64,000 bases of DNA from contig CAKORY010000003.1 in NCBI GenBank assembly GCA_934101795.1, forward strand, positions 41,873 to 105,872. Direction: 5' to 3'. This document shows, one piece after another, positions 18,722 to 28,892 of this stretch (positions are counted from its first letter, which is position 1; each line of letters begins with the position of its first letter). The notes beneath the pieces were generated by a model, which worked only from the letters and a program-made list of their open reading frames with translations, was not told the DNA's origin and did no database searches. Origin of the DNA: an uncultured Bacilli bacterium (GTDB lineage Bacteria > Bacillota_I > Bacilli_A > RF39 > UBA660). The position numbers were made by a program, and so were the translations under genes.

Positions 18722-19460
18722 GATATTGGAAGTTAATAATTTAAGTAAAAACTATCAAACTATCGAAGGGGAAATAAAAGCAATTGATAATATTTCTTTT
18801 GCTTTAGATAAGGAAGAAGTCTTATGTATTGTTGGTTCAAGTGGTTGTGGTAAATCTACACTTTTAAATATCTTAGCTGGTTTAGATAGTAGTTATAGTG
18901 GTCAAATTAAATTTAATAATGAAGCTAAAATTGGTTATATGCTTCAGGAAGATGCACTCTTTCCATGGCTAAATATTTTAGATAATGCTTGTTTAGGACT
19001 GGATATTGAGAAGAAAAAAACTAAAGAAAATATTGAATTTGTTAAAGAATTACTTATTAAATATGGACTTGGTGACTTTTTGGAAAAATATCCTCATGAG
19101 TTATCTGGAGGTATGCGTCAAAGAGTTGCTTTAATTAGAACACTTGCACTTAAGCCTGATATTTTGATGCTTGATGAACCATTTTCAGCTTTAGATTATG
19201 TTTCAAGACTTTCAGTTAGTGATGATGTTTTAAAAATTATTAAGTCAGAAAAAAAATCAGTTATTATGATTACTCATGATTTAGCAGAAGCTATTAGTAT
19301 TGCTGATAGAGTTATTGTTTTATCTATGAGACCTGCGAAAATTAAAAGTGTTTATGAAATAAATTTGACTAATAAATCTACCCCGATTAATAATAGAAAA
19401 GCAAAAGAATTTGGTTACTATTATGACTTACTTTGGAAGGATTTAGATAAAAATGTCTAA
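18714..19460 (+). CDS. ABC transporter ATP-binding protein
   Basis: Walker A GSSGCGKST, signature LSGGMRQR, Walker B ILMLDEP. Confidence 0.9.
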   Translation: MNKILEVNNLSKNYQTIEGEIKAIDNISFALDKEEVLCIVGSSGCGKSTLLNILAGLDSSYSGQIKFNNEAKIGYMLQEDALFPWLNILDNACLGLDIEKKKTKENIEFVKELLIKYGLGDFLEKYPHELSGGMRQRVALIRTLALKPDILMLDEPFSALDYVSRLSVSDDVLKIIKSEKKSVIMITHDLAEAISIADRVIVLSMRPAKIKSVYEINLTNKSTPINNRKAKEFGYYYDLLWKDLDKNV

Positions 19461-20241
19461 TGAACAAAAGAAATTTTTAAAAAGGATTAAAAGAAGAAAG
19501 CTAATTGTGGTTATATCACAAATATTAATTATTGTAGCTTTCTTTGGAATTTGGGAATACTTAGCAAATAAAAATATTATAAATAGTTTTGTCTTTTCAA
19601 AACCTAGTAAGATTATAAATACAATTATTAATCTAGCAGTACAAAATAATTTGTTTAATCATATTTTTGTTACTTTAGAAGAAGTTTTAATTGCATTTGT
19701 ACTTGGTAGTTTACTAGGGTTTATAATTGCTGTTATTCTTTATGAAATTCCAATACTTTCTAACATTCTTGACCCATTTTTGACAATGTTTAATTCACTT
19801 CCTAAAGTAGCACTTGGGCCCCTTATTATAATAATTGCGGGTGCTAATATGAAAAGTGTTATTGTTATGGCTTTACTTATTAATTTAATTATTAGTATTA
19901 TTACTATATATAATGGTTTTATGAATACTGATAAAGTAAAACTTAAATTAATTAAGTCATTTGGTGCAACTAGAAGACAAATTCTTTTTAAACTTGTGGT
20001 ACCTTGCTCATATAATACAATTATTTCTAGTATGAAATTATGTATATCAATGAGTTTAATAGGTGTAATCATGGGTGAATTTTTAGTAAGTCGTGCTGGT
20101 ATTGGTTATCTAATTATTTATGGAACACAAGTATTTAATTTAAGTCTTGTTATGGCTGGTATATTAATTCTTTTAATTATTTCTTTCTTGCTATATAAAA
20201 TTATTACTTTAATTGAAAAAAAGCTTATTAAAGAATTCTAG
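19453..20241 (+). CDS. ABC transporter permease
   Basis: Polytopic membrane protein overlapping the ATPase gene. EAA-like loop (SFGATRRQILFKLVVP). Confidence 0.8.
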   Translation: MSNEQKKFLKRIKRRKLIVVISQILIIVAFFGIWEYLANKNIINSFVFSKPSKIINTIINLAVQNNLFNHIFVTLEEVLIAFVLGSLLGFIIAVILYEIPILSNILDPFLTMFNSLPKVALGPLIIIIAGANMKSVIVMALLINLIISIITIYNGFMNTDKVKLKLIKSFGATRRQILFKLVVPCSYNTIISSMKLCISMSLIGVIMGEFLVSRAGIGYLIIYGTQVFNLSLVMAGILILLIISFLLYKIITLIEKKLIKEF

Positions 20242-20366
20242 TTATAGAGTTCTTTAATATTTTTAAAGTTTGTGTAAAGAAAAATAATTTATATTAATAC
20301 TTACTTGTTTTGATTATATTATTTTGCTATAATCGATGAGCACCCATAAAAAAGGAGGATACATAC

Positions 20367-20609
20367 ATGGAGGTTTTATCTTTAATTTTCTTTGTTTTAG
20401 TTGGAATTTTATCTATAATTATGATTTTTTTACTTAGTGAAAATAGTAGTAAAGAACATACAAAATATCATGGTGAAGATATATACTTTGATACTAATTT
20501 AGAAAAGCATAGAAAAATAATTAAAGTACAAAAAAAGATGATATTAAAGAAAAAAGTTAATTTATATTTAAAAAAGAAATTTAGAAAGTGGGAAAATGTT
20601 AATGATTAA
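20367..20609 (+). CDS. small bitopic membrane protein, Lys-rich tail
   Basis: AGGAGG RBS. TTGTTT-N17-TGcTATAAT promoter upstream. One TM helix. Confidence 0.4.
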   Translation: MEVLSLIFFVLVGILSIIMIFLLSENSSKEHTKYHGEDIYFDTNLEKHRKIIKVQKKMILKKKVNLYLKKKFRKWENVND

Positions 20610-20808
20610 AATAGTTGTTATTATGATTATAATTATAAGTTTAGTAATAATATATTTTATTTGTAAAAATGAAAATAATGATGTTAATTATGATAAATGG
20701 TGTAATATGTTAAATGATGAAACTAAAAATAACATTGATATTATTAAAGAAAATGAGAAGAAAATTAAAAAATTAAATAAGCAATTAAAAAATATTAAAA
20801 ATAAGTAA
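20596..20808 (+). CDS. small bitopic membrane protein, Lys-rich tail
   Basis: Overlaps the previous ORF. One TM helix. Confidence 0.35.
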   Translation: MLMIKIVVIMIIIISLVIIYFICKNENNDVNYDKWCNMLNDETKNNIDIIKENEKKIKKLNKQLKNIKNK

Positions 20809-20838
20809 TCTGTGATAAAATATATTTGAAGTGATTTT

Positions 20839-21591
20839 ATGAAGATAGATTTAAATTATAATGATATTGATTTTAAAGAAAAAATTATTAATTTACCTAA
20901 AGGAGTTAAGGAAGCTAATATTTATGGAGATAATATAGATACTCATTTATTTTGTGATATTTTGGAAGATGTTAAAGAAAATATTATAATAAATAGTAAA
21001 TATTATGATGAAATTAAAAGAGAGTTTAAAAAAAGAAAAACATTTCAAGGATTTAATAGAAGTATATTAAATATGGTTAAGAAAATATGTAATGAAAATA
21101 TTAATAAAAATGATATAGTGGTAGATATGACTGTTGGTAATGGTCATGATACATTATTTTTAGCTGGTATTTCTAAGAAGGTTTTTGGTTTTGATATTCA
21201 AAGTATTGCTGTAGAAAATACTATAAAATTACTTGATAAAAATAATGTTTATAACTATGAATTATTTTGTGTTAGTCACGATAAGATTAATGAAGTTTTA
21301 TGGGAATATAAACATAATATTAAGTTGATTTTATTTAATTTAGGTTATCTTCCTTGTGGAGATAAATCTATTACTACGAATCATGAAAGTACTTTAAAGG
21401 CTGTTATAAACAGTTTAGATATGTTAGATAATAATGGACTTGTTTTAATAGTTTTTTATCCACATCCAGAAGGAAAGTTAGAAGCACAAGTTGTTTTGGA
21501 TTATTTGGAACAAAATAATATTGGTTTTAAGGAATATAGAAATACAATTAATGAAGAAGCTCCTTATTTAGTAGTTATAAGAAACTTTTAA
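20839..21591 (+). CDS. YtqB/MnmM-family class I SAM-dependent methyltransferase with N-terminal extension
   Basis: VVDMTVGNGHDTLFLA, FGFDIQ, FNLGYLP. Confidence 0.6.
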   Translation: MKIDLNYNDIDFKEKIINLPKGVKEANIYGDNIDTHLFCDILEDVKENIIINSKYYDEIKREFKKRKTFQGFNRSILNMVKKICNENINKNDIVVDMTVGNGHDTLFLAGISKKVFGFDIQSIAVENTIKLLDKNNVYNYELFCVSHDKINEVLWEYKHNIKLILFNLGYLPCGDKSITTNHESTLKAVINSLDMLDNNGLVLIVFYPHPEGKLEAQVVLDYLEQNNIGFKEYRNTINEEAPYLVVIRNF

Positions 21592-21613
21592 AAAAATAAT
21601 TAGTATTTAAAAA

Positions 21614-21645
21614 CTCTGTAAGTTATGTTATACAGAGCTTTTTTA
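21614..21645 (+). terminator. intrinsic terminator
   Basis: CTCTGTA-N10-TACAGAG hairpin followed by CTTTTTTATTT. Confidence 0.65.
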
Positions 21646-21708
21646 TTTGTGCTAATCTTTTAGAGATGACGCATATTCAATCCCCCCAAAAATAGCTATT
21701 ATAAACCC

Positions 21709-21789
21709 CATTTTACATTTTGGCTCATTTTCATTTTACATTTTGGCTGGTTTTCATTTTACATTTTGGCTGAGTTTTATTTTATATTT
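21709..21789. repeat. 23-24 bp direct tandem repeat, 3 full copies plus a degenerate fourth (CATTTTACATTTTGGCTNNTTTT)
   Basis: Copies at 21709-21731, 21732-21754 and 21755-21778, read directly. Located between convergent genes. Confidence 0.85.
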
Positions 21790-21817
21790 AAAAAGTTCGG
21801 TTTTATCCGAACTTTTT
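21790..21817. terminator. bidirectional intrinsic terminator
   Basis: AAAAA-GTTCGG-TTTTAT-CCGAAC-TTTTT, immediately after the stop of the MMPL gene. Confidence 0.7.
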
Positions 21818-21818
21818 G

Positions 21819-24800
21819 TTATTTGCTTAGTTTATAAACAAACAATGTATTATCAGCATTATTTGAAGTATAACCTTTATAAGATTTTGATAAGTTTACT
21901 AGGTTTTCTAGTTTATTACCGAAAGTTACTATTTTATTTGTATAATTTACTAAAGTTTTTATACCTTGAGCATTTAATGCTTGCGTACCATCTGATACTT
22001 TTATTGCTCCATCATTTAGATTTTTAACTCCGGCATTAATTTGAGAAGATGCTTCAGATAATTTTGTAAGTCCAGTACTTACTTCATTTAAGCTACCATT
22101 TAGATATTCAACTTTTGTTTTCATTTCTTTTACTTCTTCAAGTTTTGCTGTTAATGTATCCATTAATTTACTTAAATCTTCAAGATTAGTTATCATTTCT
22201 TTAACTGCTTCATTATTTGCTGTTAAAAGTAATTTTAATTCATAAGTTGATTTAACTGTTACTAGTTCTTTTATTTTTTCTGCAGGCAATGATAATGAAG
22301 CAAGTCTTGTTTTCATTTCTGATTCTGTTTCTGTTGCATTCATTTTAAATGTTTTATATGCTGCTTCAGCTTCTTGATTTGTTAGCTTTGCAATAGCATT
22401 TTCATTAGATGCTTTTAAAACCTTTAGATTAGCAAGTGAACCAGTGATATCTTTATTTTCCATCATTTTTTTGGCATCTTCAAGAGTTGCATACATTTCA
22501 TCAACACCTTGCGTAAGTTTCGTTGTGCCATTTGCAATTTTGTTTAATGCATCTGATGCTGTTTTTAATTTTTCATTAAATAAAGTTGTATTTGTAAGTA
22601 AACTACTTGTACCATCAGATAATTTTTTTGCTCCTTCTTCAAGAGCATCCATACTAGAACTTAAAGTATCAATTGAGGATGAAAACTTATCTAATTTATC
22701 AAAAATTTCTAAATCAAGTTCTGATAAAATTTTAGGGGATGCTACCATATAAATATCATTTATATCAAAATCTGTTGTTTCATAAGTAATTATTACTTTA
22801 TTTAAATTTTTAAATTCATTTATGTTTGTATATTCATATAGTCCTGGGGCACTTATTGCAAGTAACATGCTGCGGGTTCCTGTATCTGTTACTTTACCAT
22901 TTGTAACTGTGATATTTTTATTTGTATCACTATCCATCATTGAACCTATTGCAACAACATATGGTGTAAATGTATTGTTAGTACGAAGTAAAGAATTGTT
23001 AATAAGAGATATTTCTATTTTTACTTTACCACTTTTACCTATCATGTCTTCAGCTTTAGTTTCTTTTCCATCTAAATAATATTTTGTAACTATATTAATT
23101 GGATTTGCTTGTTTTGTTTCTCCGGTGTAAAAAATATCTTTTCCTTTGGCATACCATGTAACATGAGTATCATCTTGTGTAAAGTTTTCACTTCCGTTTA
23201 CATTTAAAATATTTGTAAGTAGTGAATTATCTGTAATTTCACCTTCTTTTGTGTTTTCAATGTGATTACTTACAGTTGTTTTTTTAACATTACCTGAGTA
23301 GTCCATGTTGGTATAAATAGTTTCTGTTTTAGAAGCACTTGCACTAAATGGCATTAAAGTTAAAACTCCGATTGTGAGTGCTGCTGCTACAGTTTTCATT
23401 TTTTTCATATTTTTTCCTTCTTTCTTATTTTTTATAATAAATTTATCACATACCATTAATAATGCCGGTAATATAAGGATAACCACTAGCATTGATATGA
23501 TTGCCCCTCTTGATAAAAGATCACATATACTACCTATCATGTCTATTTTAGTATAAGCTGCAACTCCGATTGTGGCAGCAAAGAAACATAATGCTGATGT
23601 TATAATTGATGGAACTGTTAAATTTAATGTTTTAAGCATTGCTTCTTTTTTATCTTTAATAGATTTTCTTTCTTCCATGTATTTTGTTGACATTAAAATT
23701 GCATAGTCAATTGTTGCTCCGAGTTGGATAGTACCCACTACTATTGAAGCTATAAATGGAAGTGTTGTGTTAGTGTAAAATGCAAGTGACATATTACAGA
23801 ATATTGCAAATTCTATGGTAAGTATTAAAACTATAGGTAAATTAACTTGTTTTAATACTAATATCATAATAATAAATATTACTAAAATTGATGTATAATT
23901 AACCATTTTAAAGTCATGGTCAGCAATTGTAACTAAATCATCCATAAGTGGTCCTTCACCAGCTATAATACTATTTTTATCATAAGACTTTACTAACTTT
24001 TCTATTTCTTTTATTTGGCTTGCTAGTTCATTTGATGCAAGTTCGTATGTAGAGTTTACAATAATAAGTTGATATTTGTCATTATCCATCATTTTATTTA
24101 AGTCACTTGGTAGTAACATTGCAACTGTTGGATCCATTATAGTTGATGGGGCAAGAACTAAATCAATACCTTTGATATTTTCTAATTTATTTACAAGTTC
24201 TTTGACATCGTTTGTCTTAATGTTTTTGTCAAGTAATATTATTTCTGGAGATACAATATTAAATTTTTCAGCTAAGTTTGAATTAGCTACATTAAATGCT
24301 AAATCTTTAGGAAGAGATTCATCTAACTTGTAATATACTTTATAATTATTGTTACCATAGAATGCTGGAATTAATAAAATTAAGAATGCTACGATGATAC
24401 CTTTATAATGTTTTATGGAAAATTCTTGAATTTTTTTAAATTCTGGAAGAATTACTTTATGTTTTGTTTTATCTATTAATTTTTCCCCGACCATAAGTAG
24501 AGCTGGGAATAACGTAAGAACACAAATTAAACCCCATAGAACACCTTTAGCCATAACTATACCAATATCAGTACCAAGAGTTAAATCCATTGTACATAAT
24601 GCTAGAAATCCTGCAAATGTTGTAAGAGATGAACCAATTACTGATTGGAATGTTGCAATAATTGCACTGGCCATTGCTTCGGTTTTTGACATCTTTGGAT
24701 TATCTTTTTTGGCTTGTTCATATTTATGATACAAGAATATTGAGAAGTCCATTGTAACACCAAGTTGAAGAACAGCGGTTATTGCCTGTGTAATGTAAGA

Positions 24801-25469
24801 TATTTGTCCAAGAAATATATTTGTTCCCATGTTGTAAATGATAGCAAAACCAATATTTCCAAGTAAGAAAAATGGTATTACATAAGAGTCTGTTGCTATA
24901 AATAACACTGTAAGACATAGGATAACTGCAATTGTCACATAGGCAAATATTTCTTTATTTGATAAGTCCATTGTGTCAATTACCATACTTGTCATACTAC
25001 TTACTTTAGTAGCATCACCTACTACTTCACGAAGAGTTCTTACAGCATTGATTGTTACATCTTCACTTGCTCCACCATCAAATGTTACCATGATAATTGT
25101 TTCATTATCTTTATTTAGTTTTTCAACAACTTTTGTGGGTAACATATCAACAGGAATAACCGTATCTGTTACATCAGCAATACTAAGAACTGCATTTACT
25201 CCTTCTATTTTTTTGATATCTTTTTCTAAGTCTAATATTTTTTTGTTATTAGAACTATCTACCATAACAAAGGCATAAGCACCTAGACCAAAATCATCTG
25301 TTAAGATGTTTTCACCTTTAATGGTATCTACTGAATTAGGAAGATAAACTAAGATATCATAGTTAATCCTCGTGTTTACATAACCATAGATAGCTGGCAC
25401 TAATAATAAAAAGCATATTACTAGTATAAGTGCACTATGTGTTGCTATAAACTTTGCAAATTTTTTCAT
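21819..25469 (-). CDS. MMPL/RND-family transporter fused in frame to a signal-peptide-bearing YhgE/Pip-like coiled-coil exodomain
   Basis: Start moved to MKKFAKF (ATG 25469). Two 6-TM MMPL-type bundles. Then KNMKKMKTVAAALTIGVLTLMPFSASA with no intervening stop. The C-terminal region has LxxG heptad-type repeats (LSDGTSSL, LNKIANGTTKL, LNDGAIKVSDGT). Confidence 0.65.
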   Translation of the reverse strand: MKKFAKFIATHSALILVICFLLLVPAIYGYVNTRINYDILVYLPNSVDTIKGENILTDDFGLGAYAFVMVDSSNNKKILDLEKDIKKIEGVNAVLSIADVTDTVIPVDMLPTKVVEKLNKDNETIIMVTFDGGASEDVTINAVRTLREVVGDATKVSSMTSMVIDTMDLSNKEIFAYVTIAVILCLTVLFIATDSYVIPFFLLGNIGFAIIYNMGTNIFLGQISYITQAITAVLQLGVTMDFSIFLYHKYEQAKKDNPKMSKTEAMASAIIATFQSVIGSSLTTFAGFLALCTMDLTLGTDIGIVMAKGVLWGLICVLTLFPALLMVGEKLIDKTKHKVILPEFKKIQEFSIKHYKGIIVAFLILLIPAFYGNNNYKVYYKLDESLPKDLAFNVANSNLAEKFNIVSPEIILLDKNIKTNDVKELVNKLENIKGIDLVLAPSTIMDPTVAMLLPSDLNKMMDNDKYQLIIVNSTYELASNELASQIKEIEKLVKSYDKNSIIAGEGPLMDDLVTIADHDFKMVNYTSILVIFIIMILVLKQVNLPIVLILTIEFAIFCNMSLAFYTNTTLPFIASIVVGTIQLGATIDYAILMSTKYMEERKSIKDKKEAMLKTLNLTVPSIITSALCFFAATIGVAAYTKIDMIGSICDLLSRGAIISMLVVILILPALLMVCDKFIIKNKKEGKNMKKMKTVAAALTIGVLTLMPFSASASKTETIYTNMDYSGNVKKTTVSNHIENTKEGEITDNSLLTNILNVNGSENFTQDDTHVTWYAKGKDIFYTGETKQANPINIVTKYYLDGKETKAEDMIGKSGKVKIEISLINNSLLRTNNTFTPYVVAIGSMMDSDTNKNITVTNGKVTDTGTRSMLLAISAPGLYEYTNINEFKNLNKVIITYETTDFDINDIYMVASPKILSELDLEIFDKLDKFSSSIDTLSSSMDALEEGAKKLSDGTSSLLTNTTLFNEKLKTASDALNKIANGTTKLTQGVDEMYATLEDAKKMMENKDITGSLANLKVLKASNENAIAKLTNQEAEAAYKTFKMNATETESEMKTRLASLSLPAEKIKELVTVKSTYELKLLLTANNEAVKEMITNLEDLSKLMDTLTAKLEEVKEMKTKVEYLNGSLNEVSTGLTKLSEASSQINAGVKNLNDGAIKVSDGTQALNAQGIKTLVNYTNKIVTFGNKLENLVNLSKSYKGYTSNNADNTLFVYKLSK

Positions 25470-25554
25470 AATTTTTCTCACCACGCTATATATACTATGA
25501 TAAAAATTTGTATTTTTCAAAAGCAAAACTTTTTATTGGTGGGTTATCCAACAT

Positions 25555-25589
25555 AATGTAGGTTATTGTATATTATTTATGCCTACATT
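25555..25589. promoter_or_regulatory. candidate TetR operator (inverted repeat AATGTAGG-N19-CCTACATT; a third AATGTAGG at 25626-25633 overlaps the tetR -10)
   Basis: Read directly in the divergent intergenic region between the MMPL gene and the TetR gene. Confidence 0.35.
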
Positions 25590-25646
25590 CGTTGTTTATA
25601 TTTACAATTGATGTTTTTGCTGTATAATGTAGGTAGGTGAAGAATA

Positions 25647-26216
25647 ATGACAAAAAAAGTCGATTTAAGAATAATTAAAACAAAAAAGAACCTTTATGAA
25701 GGTTTGCTTACTCTTATGAAGGAAAGAACTTTTGAAGAAATTAAAGTATCTGATATATGTAGTGCTGCTTTAACTAATAGGTCTACATTTTATGATCATT
25801 TTTCTGATAAGTATGAACTTTTAGATTCTTTAATTAATGATTTGGAAGAAGATTTAGTTTCTAAACTTGAAGCTAATCAAAATTATAATAATGCTAAAGA
25901 ATATTATATGCAAATGATAGAAATATTTTTTGATCATATAAGTAATAATATTAATGTTTATTCTTCAATTCTTAAGAAAAATAATAATAGTATTGTTATG
26001 GATATGGCAAATGATGCTATTTATAGGGATGTAGAAAATCATATTAGAAAAAGTAATAAAATATTAAATACAGAAATACCTGTGGAAATTATTTCTAAAT
26101 TTTATGTTAGTGCTGTTATTAATGTGTGTTTAGAATATATAAAGTTTCCAAATAAATATGAAAAAGAGGATATCCTTAAGTATTTAGATACCCTACTTCC
26201 TAATAAAATATATTAG
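25647..26216 (+). CDS. TetR/AcrR-family transcriptional regulator
   Basis: N-terminal HTH region FEEIKVSDICSAALTNRSTFYDHFSDKYELL. AGGTGA RBS. Divergent from the transporter. Confidence 0.85.
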   Translation: MTKKVDLRIIKTKKNLYEGLLTLMKERTFEEIKVSDICSAALTNRSTFYDHFSDKYELLDSLINDLEEDLVSKLEANQNYNNAKEYYMQMIEIFFDHISNNINVYSSILKKNNNSIVMDMANDAIYRDVENHIRKSNKILNTEIPVEIISKFYVSAVINVCLEYIKFPNKYEKEDILKYLDTLLPNKIY

Positions 26217-26221
26217 TTATT

Positions 26222-26248
26222 AAAACATCTATGAGACATAGATGTTTT
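26222..26248. terminator. bidirectional intrinsic terminator
   Basis: AAAACATCTATG-AGA-CATAGATGTTTT between convergent genes. Confidence 0.65.
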
Positions 26249-26257
26249 AATTAGCCA

Positions 26258-27922
26258 TTAGTTTATACGAATTGGTGAATTTTGTGTTCCATCACCTTCA
26301 ACATAAGTTACGGAAGATGAGAGATAAAAGGCTGGGCGCACTGCATATTTGCCGCTCTCTACAGGGTCATTGGTCGCGGAACCATAGTTGTTCAGACTAA
26401 ACACATCGGCTGAATTGTTCGCATCACGGGTTATTGTCCATTCAACTAATCCCATATACATCCAGTTTGTACTTATTGTTGTATAATAATAATTCATTAT
26501 TAATGCCCAGGCATTTGGACTTGCTGCAAACACATAATCACTTACATACATCAACCCTATTTTTGCTGTGTATTCTGTTTCAGCATCATATGTTGTTGAT
26601 GGATTTACTATTTCATTTTGATATACTACTGATGGTACATCTTGATAACTATTAAAATTTGCAATTCCTCCGACTTTCCATGTTGTTGTCGCTATCTTAT
26701 TGGCCCATTCACTTCCTATATTATTAATAAAATTTGTATTTAAGTTGGTTTTATTTAGTAAACTTATGTCCCATGCATTTCCATATGAGTTATTTGTACT
26801 TATGGTTTTCAGACTTATAAAACTACTTTGATAATAATTATCAAGCATTGTTAAATTTCCTCGATCTCTATTCCAGTAATACGATGCTATATTTGCATAA
26901 TTATTTCCTTTATATTCTGAATCACCATATATATATTGTCCACCGTACTCTCCATCTGTTCCTAGTGATGCACTTGTTGCATAATCTGATTTGATTAATT
27001 TTACTCTTTGTTCTGTTTGATTTTCTCCAACTTTGTTATCAAATACTCCGATTATTCTATATAGATTATCAGCTGGACATGGGCTTTGTGTACTTCCAAA
27101 ACATACATAGTTATTTACTGCGCTACTAGCTCCAGCATATCTGTATGAATTATCTCCTGCTCCATTTGTTAATGTTGCAGTATGATGATATAGTGTTTCA
27201 TCTATTCCATCCATTGCAGCTATACATGAACTTAAACTTTGTCCATTTTTACAAATATTTGCTACTGTTTGAACTATTTTTTCTTTTTGTATCATTACCT
27301 TTGCACTTAAAGAACTTGTTGCATTTGCTGTTTGATCACCTTCATAGTTTACAAATGAAAGCTTTAATGTATATTGTTCTTCTTTTGCATCTGTTGTTGC
27401 TGTTATTGTTTTCTTATTTGCTATAGTTATTAAACCATTCGTTGTGGTAACATCAAAACCTGATATACTTTTGTTTTCTCTATCTTGAACTACTTTATGA
27501 GTTAGTCCAGATATTTCAGTTACTTCATTTCCATCTGGTCCTGTAATTGTTAATATAAGTTCTGGTTTATCTTCACCTAATGTATATTTGAATGTATTAT
27601 TTTCAATATTAAAATATACATAATAGTTATCTGTTGCTTCATTTGTTTTATTATTTGCAACTAATGTTGCTTTGGCAAATGTTTCTCCAGATAAACTTCC
27701 CTTTTCTTGACCAAATGATGATTGATCTGCATATAAACTTATAGCACTTCCAGTTGTAAATGTTAGCATATCTGTTGTATATGTTGTAACCTTTACCTCC
27801 GTAGAACTTCCTGTTCCCCCTTGTGCTTGAAAGTAAGCATATGTTGCACCAACTACCAAAGCAATTAATGTAACTACTGCAACTATGCTAAGAATTAATG
27901 CTTGTTTTTTATTTTTTTCCAT
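26258..27922 (-). CDS. secreted surface protein with SipW-type (TasA/camelysin-class) signal peptide
   Basis: Start moved to MEKNKKQ (ATG 27922). LIALVVGATYAYFQAQ matches the SipW-cognate signal class. C-terminal ...AVRPAFYLSS...SPIRIN. Confidence 0.6.
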   Translation of the reverse strand: MEKNKKQALILSIVAVVTLIALVVGATYAYFQAQGGTGSSTEVKVTTYTTDMLTFTTGSAISLYADQSSFGQEKGSLSGETFAKATLVANNKTNEATDNYYVYFNIENNTFKYTLGEDKPELILTITGPDGNEVTEISGLTHKVVQDRENKSISGFDVTTTNGLITIANKKTITATTDAKEEQYTLKLSFVNYEGDQTANATSSLSAKVMIQKEKIVQTVANICKNGQSLSSCIAAMDGIDETLYHHTATLTNGAGDNSYRYAGASSAVNNYVCFGSTQSPCPADNLYRIIGVFDNKVGENQTEQRVKLIKSDYATSASLGTDGEYGGQYIYGDSEYKGNNYANIASYYWNRDRGNLTMLDNYYQSSFISLKTISTNNSYGNAWDISLLNKTNLNTNFINNIGSEWANKIATTTWKVGGIANFNSYQDVPSVVYQNEIVNPSTTYDAETEYTAKIGLMYVSDYVFAASPNAWALIMNYYYTTISTNWMYMGLVEWTITRDANNSADVFSLNNYGSATNDPVESGKYAVRPAFYLSSSVTYVEGDGTQNSPIRIN

Positions 27923-27993
27923 ATTTACCACATCCTTTTTTCGTTTAACAAACTCACGCATAATATTCTTATGTTACTATATAAGTATACCCG

Positions 27994-28011
27994 AAAAAAA
28001 AAAAAAAAAAA
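27994..28011. repeat. A18 homopolymer tract (T18 on the coding strand of both flanking genes)
   Basis: Counted directly: 18 consecutive A, about 70 bp upstream of the surface-protein start codon. Confidence 0.95.
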
Positions 28012-28038
28012 GCCATACAACTACACAAAATGTGTATT

Positions 28039-28773
28039 TCATAACTTTTTATTTATATTTTTATTATTGCCACTTAAGAGTGCTATATAACCATTTAATG
28101 AACCAATATCTTTTTTTAATGCTACTATCTTATCTGCTTTAGACATTATTCTTCCTTCAATAAAGAATGATTTTCTTAGTGAATAATGTCCTATTTTACC
28201 AATATCTGTTGACAATTTAATCATATCTTTGTATTTTTGTGGTAATTTATCATATTTTTCCTTATTATTTAATTCCATGTCAGTTCCATCAATTCTTCTA
28301 ACTGCTAAAGGAAACATATGATGAATAACTCCATCAATAATAATCATAGCTCTTTCTTTGCTTTTAAAGTATTCTGGATACCAAGTAATAGCATTAGTTA
28401 TAGCTTCAATCGGATGAACAAAACCATGTTTATTACGCATTATTTTCTTTACACCAATATTTTGCCAAGGAAGTTCATATAAATCATGAAACATTGCTAT
28501 AACTACAGCATTTTCTATATTTATATTTTTCATATTTTGGCTATTTCTTTTTAATTTAGTTGCAAGTTTATAAGTCACGATTGCATCACAAAGTATATGA
28601 TCTCCGAGTGATTTTATATCATGATGAAAATAAGGGTCACTGCATCTTTTAGAAAACTCTTTATGAACTGCGATTGGTTCAATTATTCGCCATAGTTTTT
28701 TTGTATCATAATTTGACAATTTATAATATTTAGCAAATTCTTTGTATTTAATATATACTTTATCCTCTTTCAT
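28039..28773 (-). CDS. HD-domain phosphohydrolase-like protein
   Basis: YFHHDIKSLGDH and AMFHDLYE (H...HD...D pattern). Confidence 0.5.
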   Translation of the reverse strand: MKEDKVYIKYKEFAKYYKLSNYDTKKLWRIIEPIAVHKEFSKRCSDPYFHHDIKSLGDHILCDAIVTYKLATKLKRNSQNMKNINIENAVVIAMFHDLYELPWQNIGVKKIMRNKHGFVHPIEAITNAITWYPEYFKSKERAMIIIDGVIHHMFPLAVRRIDGTDMELNNKEKYDKLPQKYKDMIKLSTDIGKIGHYSLRKSFFIEGRIMSKADKIVALKKDIGSLNGYIALLSGNNKNINKKL

Positions 28774-28892
28774 TATTTTTTCTCCGCATTAATATTATAG
28801 TATAAAATACTATTCTATACAACTTTTTTAGGCTTCATTATTAATTATGCACTTTTATTTTACATACTATTATACTAAGGAGTTGTAAAGTC

